Both the position numbers and the translations under genes were made by a program. 64,000 nt of DNA from an uncultured delta proteobacterium. Its GTDB lineage: Bacteria > Desulfobacterota > Binatia > UBA9968. Below the pieces are notes generated by a model. That model saw nothing but the letters and a program-made list of their open reading frames with translations. It did not search any database and was not told the DNA's origin. Below, in pieces: positions 1-11,783 of the stretch. The stretch covers positions 64,001-128,000 of the forward strand of contig CAWJZV010000041.1 of NCBI GenBank assembly GCA_963847445.1, read 5' to 3'. How positions within the stretch are numbered: position 1 is the stretch's first letter; each line of letters starts with the position of its first letter.

Positions 1-594
1 TACTACAATCGAAACCACGCCGTGGGGGAGGGGAATCACGAGAGCGACGCGGCACAAAAGCACGAGCAGTCGCGATATCCATAGAGGACCGTAGGCAACC
101 CAGCTGGTATCAAACAGCCGCAAGCCTTGCAACGAATCAAATACAATATTTTTTTAACAAACGCATGCGAGACTTTTCGTTAGATGAACTAGGAAAATTT
201 CAGGTCATTACAGATTTACTCGGCGGGTTTTCATACACTGACCAACTTTCGTCATTTACGGACAAAGGTCCTTCAGCTTTTGGATTTGAAGGGTAGCTTT
301 TATACACTTTTACAAGATGTAAAGTCGGAAGGTGGAACGAATCAACCCTTCTACGCGAACTCCCCCTACCTAACTGAAATCGCCAATGCCGATGGTTCCG
401 AAGTAAAGGTTTGTTCCTGGCTTAAAAGCATTACTTGTGTAGAAGTTACTTGCCAATTAAGAACCGACTGGAAACCACCCGTTGAGATATATCATGTTCG
501 CAAAGTTTGCAGTGGCGTTACAGTGCCCGCTTTGGCGAGGATTAAGTACGGGGCTGGAACTCCTCCCGAACGGCGATTTCTATTGAAAAAATGA
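1..594 (+). CDS. possible 3' part of a low-GC hypothetical gene (probably frameshifted)
   Basis: Open frame 3-296 followed by open frame ~193-594; visibly more AT-rich than the rest; no recognisable motif. Confidence 0.25.
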
Positions 595-622
595 AGCGAT
601 TTAGGCGGTTCCCATGCGAGGC

Positions 623-810
623 AAAAAAGGGTCGGGAGTCAATTAAGCAATCTTAGGCCGGCCACGAGGATTCAGCGACGAAATCAATCCGAGTCGCTCC
701 GCGGTTTTATCATCCAGTCCTCTTCACCAAACGGCCGCCCTCGTTGAGCTGCTGATCTTAGATCCTCCAACTCCGACTCGCCCTCAGAACCGTTGACCAA
801 ATTCGCTAAG
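623..810 (-). mobile_element. C-terminal remnant of a REP-associated tyrosine (Y1/RAYT) transposase with adjacent GACTCCCGACCCTTT end motif
   Basis: Manual translation NLVNGSEGESELEDLRSAAQRGRPFGEEDWMIK/TAERLGLISSLNPRGRPKIA* (stop 643-645, one indel) resembles RAYT C-termini; no HUH domain upstream. Confidence 0.6.
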
Positions 811-874
811 GGGCCGGGGCAAATCTTCAGGTCCCAAGAGTCTGCCGCTGTCGATTCGCTTTCATATGGGGGTT

Positions 875-1856
875 CTATTGCGCCACAAGATTTCGCGGCT
901 CGCCGCGGAGAAATGCTTCAATGTTGGTTTTGACTTCCACCAATAGCCGCTGGCGCGCTTCGCGCGCCGACCATGCCGTGTGCGGCGTGACGATCAGGTT
1001 ATCTAACTCTTTTGCCGCGACAACGATCGGGTGATCGGCGGGCGGCGGCTCTTGGGTGATGACATCGAGGGCGGCGCCGGCGATGCGCTTGGTGCGCAGC
1101 GCTTGAATCAGCGCCGGCTCGTCGATCAGGGCGCCGCGGGCGGTGTTGATTAGAAATGCGCTCGGCTTCATCAACGCCAACGATCTGGTGGTTTATCAAA
1201 TTTTTCGTCTCGGCTGTCAGCGGGCAGTGCAGCGAGATGAAATCGGCTTGGGCGGAACAGTTCTGCCAAGGCACTCGATCCGCCGCGGCTGTCGGGTCGC
1301 CAGGACGGGCGCCGATGAGGATCTCCATGCCGAAGCCGCGCGCCATGTGCGCGACGGTCTTGCCGATATTGCCGAAACCAATGATGCCGAGTTTCTTGCC
1401 GGCGAGTTCGATATTCGGAAAAGTCAGGAGCGTGAAGACCGGGCTCTTCTGCCATTCGCCGGCTTTGACGGCGGCGACGTAGCTGCTGGCGCGACTGGCC
1501 AGTTCCAAGATCAACGCCATGGTGAATTGGGCCACCGATTGACTGGCGTAGCCTGGCACGTTGCAGACTTTGACGCCGTGTTTGGCGGCGGCTTGCTTTG
1601 TCGATGATGTCGGTGCCGGTGGCGGCGACGGCGATGAGTTTCAGCTCGCGGGCTTCAGGCGCAATTCAAAATCGCTTCGTCGAATGACGACTTTGTTGGT
1701 GACGGCGATGGCGTGGCCGGCGAGTCGGGCGCTGGTTTGCGCCGCGTTCGTGACTTGATGGACGGTGCAGTCCCATGTGTCGGTGAATGCCGTTAGCGGC
1801 ATGTCGCCATAGGTGGCGGCGTCGAGAAAGACGATTCGAGTTTGCGGCTTGCTCAT
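875..1856 (-). CDS. D-2-hydroxyacid dehydrogenase (glycerate dehydrogenase/HprA-like), frameshifted
   Basis: MSKPQTRIVFLDAAT..VTNKV, GIIGFGNIG, SLHCPL, INTARG, ALDV, TPHTAW across three frames. Confidence 0.85.
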
Positions 1857-2671
1857 TTCGCCAACTTCCCTTGCGCTTCGAGTTTTTTCGCTTCGTCCCA
1901 GTAGCGGTCCATCTCTTCGATGGACGATTGGGCGAAATCTTTGTTCGCTTGGCGCAGCTTGGCTTCGATGTGATGAAAGCGCCGGGTAAAACGGTCGATG
2001 GTCTGTGCCAGGACTTCTTCTGATTCGACATCGAGAAAACGCGCGATATTGACCATAGTGAAGAGCAAGGTCGCCAAGCTCCTCGCCGGTGTGGACTTTG
2101 TCGCCGGAAGCCACGGCTTGCTTTGAGCTCGCGCATCTCTTCGTCGACCTTGGCCCAGACCTGTTCGATATTCGGCCATTCGAAGCCCAGACTGGCGGCG
2201 CGCCGCGAGATCGATTGCGCGCGCGCCAGCGCCGGCATCGCTTTGGGCACGTTGCCGAGCGCTGATTTGCTTTCGCCGTCTTTCTTTTCATTGACTTTGA
2301 GCTGGGCACGCTGTTTGAGCGCGGCCGCGGGATCTTCCGGCAGCGGTTCGCCGGCGAAGACATAGGGATGGCGGCGCACCAGTTTGTCGGTGAGCAGCGC
2401 GATGACGTCTTCGATGGTGAAACGGTTTTCCTCCCTGGCGATCTGGGCGTGAAAGATCACCTGCAGAAGCACATCGCCGAGCTCCTCTGTGACTTTTTTC
2501 GCGTCGCCGTCGTCGAGGGCATCGAGCAGTTCATAGGTCTCTTCGAGCAGGCAGGGCTTGAGCGAGAGGTGGGTCTGCTCCCTGTCCCAGGGACAACCGG
2601 CGTCGCTGCGCAGTTGCGCCATGACGTTTAGCAGTTCGGTGAATTTTTGCTTCGGTTTCGCGATCGCTCAC
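1853..2671 (-). CDS. mazG: nucleoside triphosphate pyrophosphohydrolase MazG, frameshifted
   Basis: GCPWDREQTHLSL, EETYE, EELGDVLLQVIFHAQIA, KLVRRHP; second domain EELGD..RRFHHIE..W. Confidence 0.9.
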
Positions 2672-2786
2672 AGATTTGGCCTCCACGCCGTTTGCCATTG
2701 TCAACTTTCCTTCCGGGCCACAGCGTGCTAGATCTTACTGGTCGTTATTCTTGAAGTCCAGCAAATCAGTCAAAGGAGAGCCGCTT

Positions 2787-3641
2787 ATGCCGAGTTGCCA
2801 ATCGTCGATGGGATCGAGACCTACTATGAAACTCATGGTTCGGGAACGCCGATCTTGATGTGCGCGCCGGGCGGCTTCGACGCGACTATTGAAAAGTGGC
2901 GGGTGGCGAGCGCGTGGACGGGAATCGACGCGATCCAAGCGTTGGCGACGGAGCATACGGTGATTCTCTATGACCGGCGCGAGTGCGGCCAGTCCGGCGG
3001 GCGGGTCGAGCGGTTGAGCTGGGCGACTTTCACCCGTCATGGCAAAGCGTTGCTCGATCATTTGAAGATCGATTCGGCCTGGATCATGGGCGGCTGCATG
3101 GGCTGTTCGGTGGCTCTTGCGTTTCGGCGTGCATTATCCGCAAGCGACCCGCGGTTTGCTGCTGCATTGGCCGGTGGGCGGTTATCGTTGGAAGGTCAAT
3201 AGCCAAGCTCGCTTCCTGCGCCACTATGAGTTCGCCAAACAGAATGGCCTCAAAGGCGTGGTCGAGCGCGCCCGCGGCGGCAAGAGTTTTTGGATGGACC
3301 CGGAGGCCGGACCTTGGGCCGGTATGATCGCCGGCGATGCCGGCTTCGCGGAGCGCTTTGTCAGCGCAAGATTTAGAACGTTACCTGGGGTATGATTATC
3401 ACCAGCGGCCGCGCCCTGTTTGACCGCGACACCGCACCCGGCGCAGAGCCGGAAGAGGTGATGGGAATCAAGGCGCCGTCGCTAATCATCCCCGGCGACG
3501 ATCAGTCCCACGCGACCTCCGGCGCGCATTACCTGCGGGAACTTGTTGCCGAATGACGATTTCTGGAATGTCATGCCGCCGCGGCAGACGACGCAGACCG
3601 TGGTCGATCGGATTCTCGAATTCTGCCGCAAGCATGATTAA
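2787..3641 (+). CDS. alpha/beta-hydrolase with Cys nucleophile elbow, frameshifted
   Basis: YYETHGSG, YDRRECGQS, GGCMGC; GGAG RBS. Confidence 0.75.
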
Positions 3642-3742
3642 ATTCTTGTGAAGTCGGTTCGCTGAGGTGTGGACCGGTGCGGTCGAAATTTGATAGACAA
3701 AATCCACTTCGAATTGTCATTGACCAATCTAAGGAGGTACCG

Positions 3743-4462
3743 ATGGACGTTTCCAATTCTACTGTGCAACTCAACACTTCCGACGGCAAGATGGATGCCT
3801 ATGTGGCGCAGCCGAAGGATGGCGGCAGTTATCCCGGCGTCGTCGTGATTCAGGAGGCTTTCGGCGTCAACGATCACATGAAGAAAGTCACGGAGCGGAT
3901 CGCGGCGGAAGGCTACGTGGCGATCTGTCCGGATATTTTTCATCGCGAGAGCGAGCGGGTGATTCCATTCTCCGATATGGCCAAGGCGATCGCGACTTTG
4001 CAGCGGGTGCAAGATCCCAAGGCGATGGAAGATGTCGGCGCGGCGATCGCCCATTTGAAATCGCAGGGCAACGTCAAAGCCGGCTCCATCGGCGTCGTCG
4101 GCTTCTGCATGGGCGGCCGGCTAACCTATTTGGCCGCGGCGCATCACGCCAACGACGTGAAGTGCGCGGTGCCCTATTACGGCGGCGGCATTACGATGGG
4201 CAATCCGAGCCCGCTGTCGCGCACCGGCGAGATCAAATGTCCGATGTATCTATTCTTTGGCGCCAAGGATCAGCTGATCCCGATGGATCAAGTCGGACAA
4301 ATCAATACTGAGTTGACCACCAAGCAGGTGCCGTTCCAGATGAAGATCTATCCCGATGCGGGCCATGGCTTTTTCTGCGACGAGCGTGGCAGCTATCATG
4401 AAAAGTCGGCCACCGACGCGTGGGAGAAGACCAAGTCATTCTTCGCGCAGCATCTCAAATAA
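3743..4462 (+). CDS. dienelactone hydrolase family protein
   Basis: QEAFGVN, GFCMGG, YPDAGHGF; AAGGAGG RBS. Confidence 0.92.
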   Translation: MDVSNSTVQLNTSDGKMDAYVAQPKDGGSYPGVVVIQEAFGVNDHMKKVTERIAAEGYVAICPDIFHRESERVIPFSDMAKAIATLQRVQDPKAMEDVGAAIAHLKSQGNVKAGSIGVVGFCMGGRLTYLAAAHHANDVKCAVPYYGGGITMGNPSPLSRTGEIKCPMYLFFGAKDQLIPMDQVGQINTELTTKQVPFQMKIYPDAGHGFFCDERGSYHEKSATDAWEKTKSFFAQHLK

Positions 4463-4482
4463 ATCCGCCTGTCGATGCCTCC

Positions 4483-4524
4483 AAAGGGAGCGGAGAAGTG
4501 CAAAGCTTTTCCTCTCCCTTTTTT
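4483..4524 (+). terminator. putative intrinsic terminator
   Basis: AAAGGGAG-GGAGAAG / CTTTTCC-CTCCCTTT imperfect stem followed by a T run, just after the DLH stop. Confidence 0.55.
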
Positions 4525-4560
4525 GTTTCTTCGAGTTATTTCAGCTAGATTAGCCGCATC

Positions 4561-5446
4561 ATGGCAACAAAGAAAAATTCGCGACCAGGTTAGAGTCGCT
4601 CTCGTGCAGATGAGCTGCGCCAAGGAACCCGCCGCCAATCTCGCCAAGGCTATGCAACGCATCGAAGCGGCGGCCGAGAAAGGCGCGCAGATCGTCTGCC
4701 TGCAAGAGCTGTTTCGCTCGCGCTACTTTTGCCAGAGCGAGGATCATGGCAATTTCAAGCTCGCCGAAGCCATTCCCGGGCCGAGCACCGATGCGTTGGG
4801 CGAGGTTGCCCGGAGAAAAGAAGTGGTCATCGTCGCCTCGCTGTTCGAGCGGCGCACAGCTGGGATCTACCATAATACCGCGGTGGTCATCGATGCCGAT
4901 GGCTCGCTCGCTGGCAAGTACCGCAAGATGCATATCCCCGACGATCCGCTCTACTACGAAAAGTTCTATTTCACCCCCGGCGATTTGGGCTTTCCCAGTT
5001 TTCAAACGCGTTACGCCAAGATCGCGGTGCTGGTCTGCTGGGATCAGTGGTTTCCCGAAGGGGCGAGGGCGGCCGCCCTGGCCGGCGCGCAGATTCTTTT
5101 TTATCCGACGGCGATTGGTTGGATTCCTCAAGAGCCGCGTGTCGCGGCGCAGAATCAACGCAATGCCTGGGAGCTGATACAGCGCTCCCACGCGATCGCC
5201 AACGGCGTGTTTGTCGCCTCGACCAACCGTGTCGGCAGCGAAGGCAAGATCAGGTTCTGGGGCAACTCCTTTGTCGCTGGGCCCTTGGGTGAGCTGGTTG
5301 CCCATGCCGGCGACACGCGCGAAGAAATTCTGATCGCTAAATGCGATCTCGCTAAGATCGAAGAGACGCGCCAAGCCTGGCCGTTTCTGCGCGACCGGCG
5401 CATCGACGCTTACGGTGCCCTGCTGACGCGATCCCTCGATCAATAA
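4561..5446 (+). CDS. aguB: N-carbamoylputrescine amidase (nitrilase family)
   Basis: CLQELF, YRKMHIPDDPLYYEKFYF, VCWDQWFPE; adjacent to aguA; start chosen downstream of the terminator and needs one indel. Confidence 0.88.
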
Positions 5447-5470
5447 TTTTTCCGGTTTGAAACAAAATCG

Positions 5471-6535
5471 ATGGCAAATTCATTTCCAAGTTCATCCACG
5501 CCATCTGAACTGGGGTACTCGATGCCGGCTGAGTGGGCGCCGCATCGCGCCACTTGGCTATCCTGGCCGCATAATCTAGAAACTTGGCCGACCTACCTGG
5601 AAAAAGTCCGGGAGGTCTGGCTGCGGATGGTCGCGGCGCTGTCACCCCATGAGCAGGTGCTTTTGCTGGTCAATGATGCCACCGTGAAAAAGGAAGTGAC
5701 GGCGCGACTCACCGGCGCGAAAGCGGCGATGGCCAATGTGACGCTGCTGGAGATCCCGACGGTCGATGTCTGGATGCGCGATTACGGACCGACGTTCGTT
5801 ACCCGGAATTCAGCGGAGCAGCCGTTGGCGCTCAACGATTGGATCTTCAACGGTTGGGGCGGCAAGTACCCGGCCTATGATGAGGACGAGCGGGTCGCGC
5901 AGGCGATCGCACAGCTTTTGCAAGTGCCGGTGTTCGAGCACAAGCTGATCCTCGAAGGCGGTTCCATCGAGGTAAACGGCGCAGGCACTTGTCTTACCAC
6001 CGAGCAGTGTTTGCTCAACCCGAATCGTAACCCGGAGTTGAGCCGCACGCAGATCGAAGAGTTTCTCAAAGCCTCGCTTGGAGTGCGCCATGTCCTCTGG
6101 CTCGGCGACGGCATCGTCGGCGACGATACCGACGGCCATATCGACGACATTGCGCGCTTTGTCGATCCGACCACCGTAGCGTGTATGATCGAGACCAATC
6201 CGCAAGACGATAATTACCGCTGCTTGCATGAAAACCGTGAGCGCTTGCAGAGCGCGCGCGACCAGGACGGTAATAAATTAGAAATTATCTCCTTGCCGTG
6301 TCCGGCGCCGCTCTTCTACGACGGCGCGCGCCTGCCGGCAAGCTACGCCAATTTTTACATCGCCAATGAAATCGTGCTCGTGCCGGTGTTCGACGATGCC
6401 AACGACAAATTAGCCTTGGGTATATTGCAGGAGTGTTTTCCCAAGCGCAAAATAATCGCTCTGCGCGGCAATGAAGTGGTGGCCGGCTTGGGCGCGATCC
6501 ACTGCGTCACCCAGCAGGAGCCGTCGGTGCGCTGA
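5471..6535 (+). CDS. aguA: agmatine deiminase
   Basis: MPAEWAPH, WMRDYGP, FNGWGGKY, LEGGSI, DTDGHIDD, ASYANFY, GAIHCVTQQ. Confidence 0.95.
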   Translation: MANSFPSSSTPSELGYSMPAEWAPHRATWLSWPHNLETWPTYLEKVREVWLRMVAALSPHEQVLLLVNDATVKKEVTARLTGAKAAMANVTLLEIPTVDVWMRDYGPTFVTRNSAEQPLALNDWIFNGWGGKYPAYDEDERVAQAIAQLLQVPVFEHKLILEGGSIEVNGAGTCLTTEQCLLNPNRNPELSRTQIEEFLKASLGVRHVLWLGDGIVGDDTDGHIDDIARFVDPTTVACMIETNPQDDNYRCLHENRERLQSARDQDGNKLEIISLPCPAPLFYDGARLPASYANFYIANEIVLVPVFDDANDKLALGILQECFPKRKIIALRGNEVVAGLGAIHCVTQQEPSVR

Positions 6536-6606
6536 CTACTCGACCGCTGCGTTTTCTTTTCCAAGGCCTTGACTATTTTTCGCGCTACCCTATCCTGGCC
6601 GCTGTT

Positions 6607-6819
6607 ATGGGTCAGATCATTCAAATCCAGGAGCTGCACCAAGCGCGCCGGCGCAAGTCGGAAAAAGTCAGCATGCATCAATGCCTCGAGCTTTTGGAAT
6701 GGAATTTGAAAAAGAGCGTCGATGACTATTTCGCCGCGCCACGGGAAGAGCGTTCCATGCGCGCAACCCAAATCCGCAAGCTCAGCGAAATCCTCGAATA
6801 CGCGTTGAGACTGCTTTAG
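6607..6819 (+). CDS. small helical hypothetical protein
   Basis: 70-aa ORF filling the gap between aguA and rmuC on the same strand. Confidence 0.6.
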   Translation: MGQIIQIQELHQARRRKSEKVSMHQCLELLEWNLKKSVDDYFAAPREERSMRATQIRKLSEILEYALRLL

Positions 6820-6836
6820 CCCCGCCACGGTTAGTC

Positions 6837-7965
6837 GTGGATTTTGTCCATCTCATAGTTCCGCTGGTTATCTTCGTTAGCCGGGTCGATAGTGCTTGGC
6901 TGGTTTTTTCTCAGCCGTTTGCGCACGCTCCTACAGGGTAAGTCGGAAGATCAGTCGTTGCTGCTGATGCAGCAGCAGATCGATCAACTGCGCTCGCAGT
7001 TGAGTTCGACTCTCGATAACAATTCTCGGTCATTGCAACAGCAGTTGGGCCAAATGATCGCTCAGGTCAACGAGCGCCTGAAGGAAAACGCTCAGGTGCT
7101 CAACGACACTCAGCAGAGTCTGGGCGAGCGGCTCGATAACGCGGCGCGGGTGGTTGGCGGCGTGCAGAAAAGCCTCGGCGGTCTCGAAGAGGCCAATCGG
7201 CGCATTTATGAAGTCGGCAAGGATATCTCGTCGTTGCAGGAGATCCTGCGGGCGCCCAAGCTGCGCGGCGGTCTCGGCGAATTTTTCCTCGAGGACTTGC
7301 TCGGGCAGATTCTGCCGCCGCAACATTTCTCGATCCAGCATGGCTTTCGCAGCGGTGAGAAAGTCGACGCGGTGATCAAGCTCGGCGCCTCCCTGGTGCC
7401 GGTGGACGCGAAGTTTCCCTTGGAAAATTTCAGACGCTTGCTGGAGGCGACGAGCGACGATGAGCGTGGCCGGGTCAAAAGACAGTTCGCGGCCGATGTG
7501 CGCAAGCATATTGACGCCATCGCGGCCAAGTATATTCTTCCCGATGAGGGGACCTACGATTTTGCGCTGATGTATATTCCGGCGGAAAATGTTTACTATG
7601 AAACGGTCATCAAAGATGAAGCCGCCGACGAGCGCAATCTGTGCCAGTATGCCATGAGTAAAAGGGTGATTCCGGTATCGCCCAACAGTTTTTACGCCTA
7701 TTTGCAGGCTATCGTCTTGGGTCTCAAAGGCATGCGCATCGACGACCGCACCAAAGAAATTATTCAGTACTTGGGCCGGCTGCAGGGAGACTTCGCCAAG
7801 TTTCGCGACGATTTCGCCGTCCTCGGCAAACACATCAATCATGCCCAGTCGAGTTATCAGAGCGCCGACAAGCGGCTCGAACAGTTCGGCCAGAAATTTT
7901 TGGCCGCGGAGTCGGCGCAGAGCGAGCTGTCGGAAGCCGGCACCACCGGCGCTAAGACCGACTAG
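6837..7965 (+). CDS. rmuC: DNA recombination protein RmuC
   Basis: N-terminal TM and coiled coil, KLRGGLGE, VDAKFPL, TYDFALMYIPAE, VSPNS. Confidence 0.9.
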
Positions 7966-7974
7966 CGAACCGCC

Positions 7975-9418
7975 ATGCATTTGAGTTTGTTTTCCCGTCT
8001 GACGATCGGCTATCTGGCGATCTTTGCGATCGTCGCGGCGGCGAGCACCTACGCGATCGTCGAGCTGACCGACTTCGGCAACCAGGCCGAGTCGATCCTG
8101 CGCATCGACAATCGCGTGCTCGACCATGAAAAGTTTCTCACCGATCTGTTGCTGGCGCAGAGCCGGGCGGAGCAGAAGTATGTCATTAGCCGCGACGAGG
8201 CCTGGTATCTGCAATTCGTCCGTTTGAAGATCGATTTCGAAGCCCGTGCCGAGGGCGCGGCGGCGGTGGCGGACGTTTTGGCCAAACCGATCTTGTTACG
8301 GGTACGAAATGACTATCGGCGTTACGTGGATTTGGTCGAAGGCGAGGCGCGCCTGGTGCGTACCCGAAAAGAATATCGGCATGCGCAGTTCAAGCAGGAC
8401 AAAGACAATCTGGTCGACGCCATGTTGGACGAGCTGGAGCGCTTGCGCGCCAATCAACAACTTGCGACCTATGCCAAGGTCAAAGACTTGGCCGCGTCGG
8501 CGGCGCAAGCGCGGGAGGCTGCGTTGTCGATCACCGCGGGTTGTCTGTTGGTGATCGTCCTGATGTCACTGTTGATCACCAAGAGCATTACCCGGCCCCT
8601 CGCTGCGCTCAAAGCGAAGACTCAGGAAATTGCCCGCGGCAATTTCGATAACCCCGTTCAGGTCAAGTCGCCTCAGGAGATTGGCGAACTGGCGGTGGCG
8701 CTCAATTCGATGAGCCAGCGGCTGAAAGAGCTCGACTTTATGAAGGCGGATTTTTTCGCATCCATGTCCCATGAGCTGCGCACGCCTTTGACCTCGATCA
8801 AAGAGGGCACCGGGCTTTTGCTCGACGGCGTCGGCGGCGCGATCACCGAGAAACAGCAAAAACTGCTCGGCATCATCACCGAGGAAAGCAACCGCTTGAT
8901 CAGCCTGGTCAATACTTTCCTCGATCTGGGGAAAATGGAAGCCGGCATGATGCGTTACGAGTTCGAGATGAGTCCGATCGAGCCTTTGATCAAACGCGCG
9001 GTCGCGGAAATCACGCCGTTGGTGGAAGCCAAGCAAATCCAGTTTCGAAAGTGCGCTGGATGGACCGATACCGGCGCTGCGGCTCGATCCCGAGAGGATG
9101 TTACAAGTGCTGCGCAACCTGATGGGCAATGCCGTCAAGTTCACGCCCAAAGGCGGGCAAGTGTCGATCGCGGTTAAACGCCGCGATGGCATCCTGGAAG
9201 TTTCTGTGAAAGACTCCGGTCCGGGCATCCCAGCGGAGAGTCTCGAATCGATCTTCGAAAAATTCAGCCAAGGCAGTCACGCCGGCGCCAATCATCGTCA
9301 GGGCACAGGACTCGGTTTGGCGATAGCCAAAAATATTATTTCATCGCATGGTGGAAACATATGGGCGGAAAGTCAATTGGGCAGTGGCAGCAAATTTGTA
9401 TTTGTCTTGCCCTGCTGA
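7975..9418 (+). CDS. HAMP sensor histidine kinase (GlrK/QseE-like), frameshifted near 9045
   Basis: 2 TM, HAMP, SHELRTPL, NAVKFT, DSGPGI, GTGLGL. Confidence 0.92.
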
Positions 9419-9987
9419 TAATCGTTTCGGGCTGCGGTCTGTTTCAGGAATCGAATGCGGCGCCGGGAGTTGCGCGAAGCGTTGACCCAAGGGCATCAGT
9501 TGCTCGCCCGTGGCGACTACGACGGTTCGCTCAGAGCCTTTCAAAACGTCATCGTTATCGCTAAGGATCAACCGCCGGCGGATGCGGCGAATTTACCATA
9601 TCGGCGTCGTGTACGCGCACCCGCAGAATCCGCGAAGGGACCGGCAGAAGGCGGTCGGTTCATTTCGACTGTGTGCTGACGCGGTATCCGGAGAGCCCGT
9701 TGGTCGAATCGGCCAAGGCCTGGATCGGCGCCCTAAACGAAATCGACGCGACAAACCAGGAAATTGAGCGAACCAAACTCGAGGTTGAGAAGTCTAAGCA
9801 AGAAATTGAAAATTCCCGGCTCGCCGCGAACCGCTCCAAGCAAGAAGCCGAAAAGTTCCGCGTGGAACTCGAAAGATCCCGGCAAGAAATCGAAAAGATC
9901 AAGCAGGAGATCGAAAAATCCAAGCAAGTGGACATTCAGATCGAGAATAAAGCGACGAGAGCGGGGCAGATGAGGGGGCCCAAATGA
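9361..9987 (+). CDS. lipoprotein with TPR-like segment and C-terminal coiled coil (QseG/YfhG-like position), frameshifted
   Basis: Signal ..LALLIIVSGC lipobox; HPQNPRRD..A..F..L..YP.S; E/K-rich heptads; lies between kinase and regulator. Confidence 0.7.
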
Positions 9988-11409
9988 TAAAAGGCAAAAT
10001 TCTAGTCGTTGACGATAATCCTAATCTTCTTGAGCTGATAAAAATGCGTCTTGAAGCGGCGGACTACGAGGTCATCGCGCTTGACCGATGAGGATAAAGC
10101 GCTCGGCGCATTTAAAGACAAAGCCTTCGACCTTTGCGTCGTCGATCTGATGCTGGCGCAAAGCGATGGTTTGACTTTGATGGAGCAGTTCCGGCTGATT
10201 CATCCGGATATTCCGACGATTATTTTGACCGCCCATGGCAGTATCGAAAACGCCGTCGAGGCGATGCGCCGCGGCGCCTACAGTTATTTGACCAAACCCT
10301 TCGAGCCGACCGATTTGCTGTTACAGATCCAGCGCGCGTTGGAAAACCGCAATCTGAATTCCGAGATCAAGCGGTTAAAGGACATGCTCCACGAGCGTTT
10401 CGATTTTACCAATATTATCGCGCGCAGCGGTAAGATGCGGGCGATCCTCGATGTGGTCACGCGCATCGCCAAGCTCGACTCGACCGTCTACATTCACGGC
10501 GAAAGCGGCACGGGTAAGGAGCTGGTCGCCAAGGCGATCCATCTGGCCAGCGATCGCAAGGACACGACGTTTGTCGCGCTCAACTGCGCCGCGCTGCCGG
10601 AAACGCTCTTGGAAAGCGAATTATTCGGCCATGAAAAGGGCGCCTTCACCGGCGCCGTCCGAAGCACCAAGGGATTGTTTACCCAGGCCCATGGTGGGAC
10701 GCTCTTTTTGGACGAGATCGGCGACATGCCGCTGGCGACCCAATCCAAACTGCTGCGCGCCCTGCAAGAACGGCAATTCTACCCCGTGGGCAGCGAAGCT
10801 CCCGTCGAGGTTGATGTGCGGGTGATCGTCGCTACCAACAAAGATTTGGCCGAGCAGGTGAAAAAAGGTTTGTTTCGCGACGACCTTTATTATCGCATTC
10901 ACGTCATCCCGATTTATCTGCCGCCCTTGCGTGAGCGGAAAGAAGACATTTTACCGCTGGCCGAGCACTTCTTAAAAAAATTCAGCCAGCAGATGAAACG
11001 CGACGTGAAAGGTTTTACTCCGGAGGCGGTGCGCCGGCTTATGCTGCATGAGTGGCCCGGCAACGTGCGTGAGTTGGAGAATACCGTCGAGTATGCGGTG
11101 GCGATGACCCAAAAGGACATGGTGACCGAGGATTACGTCATTCAGGGCAAGCAGTCGCCGACGGAACGGGTTGGCGGGTTGCCGATGGAACGAGGCGCGA
11201 TGAGCGCCGACGCGCTCAAATCGCTCAAGCATGCGCGGGATGCCTTCGAGCGCGACTACCTGGTGCAAGTTCTGTCCATGACCGAGGGCAATGTCAGCCA
11301 AGCCGCCAAGCTGGCGGGCAAATATCGCGCCGATTTCTATGACCTACTGAAAAAACATGATCTCAAAGTTGACGAGTTCAAGCGCGCCAAACCTTCTTAT
11401 CAGCATTAG
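9984..11409 (+). CDS. sigma54-dependent response regulator (GlrR/QseF-like)
   Basis: ILVVDD receiver, GESGTGKE, GAFTGA, WPGNVREL, FERDYL..GNVSQAAKLAG HTH; one indel near 10050. Confidence 0.92.
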
Positions 11410-11672
11410 CCAATCTGCCTGGCGCGATGCCGGGATGGATTAGCAGTGCCCGGTTTCTTAAATCGAACAAATTTCCCGGAAACCGGTCCTGCCCCGATGG
11501 GGAAATCAGTGACTACGCGAGCAGTTTGAGAAAAGCCAGTGTAGTCAATGGCTCTAAATCTGGTGTCCCATTAACCTTCACTGATGTATAGAAATCCTGC
11601 ACTCCACTCTAAGCGTAGTTATCCTAAAGGTGAAAACACAATGATTTTGAATGCTTAGGGATTTTCCGTGGG

Positions 11673-11687
11673 TGGTACAGAAATTGA
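11673..11687 (+). promoter_or_regulatory. putative sigma54 -24/-12 promoter for the OmpA lipoprotein
   Basis: TGGTAC-AGAAA-TTGA versus consensus TGGCAC-N5-TTGC, ~95 bp before ATG, next to an enhancer-binding protein gene. Confidence 0.45.
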
Positions 11688-11783
11688 GTATAACGAACTG
11701 TAATCGGTCCATAGGAAACCGAATTTGCAAATAGAGTGGCGGGCAAAATGAATAATCGTCACCAACAAACAGGAGGAATTGCT

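Noticed and set aside
4475-4560. ORF-track N-terminal extension of aguB
   Set aside because: It runs through the terminator hairpin; ATG 4561 with one indel is more plausible.
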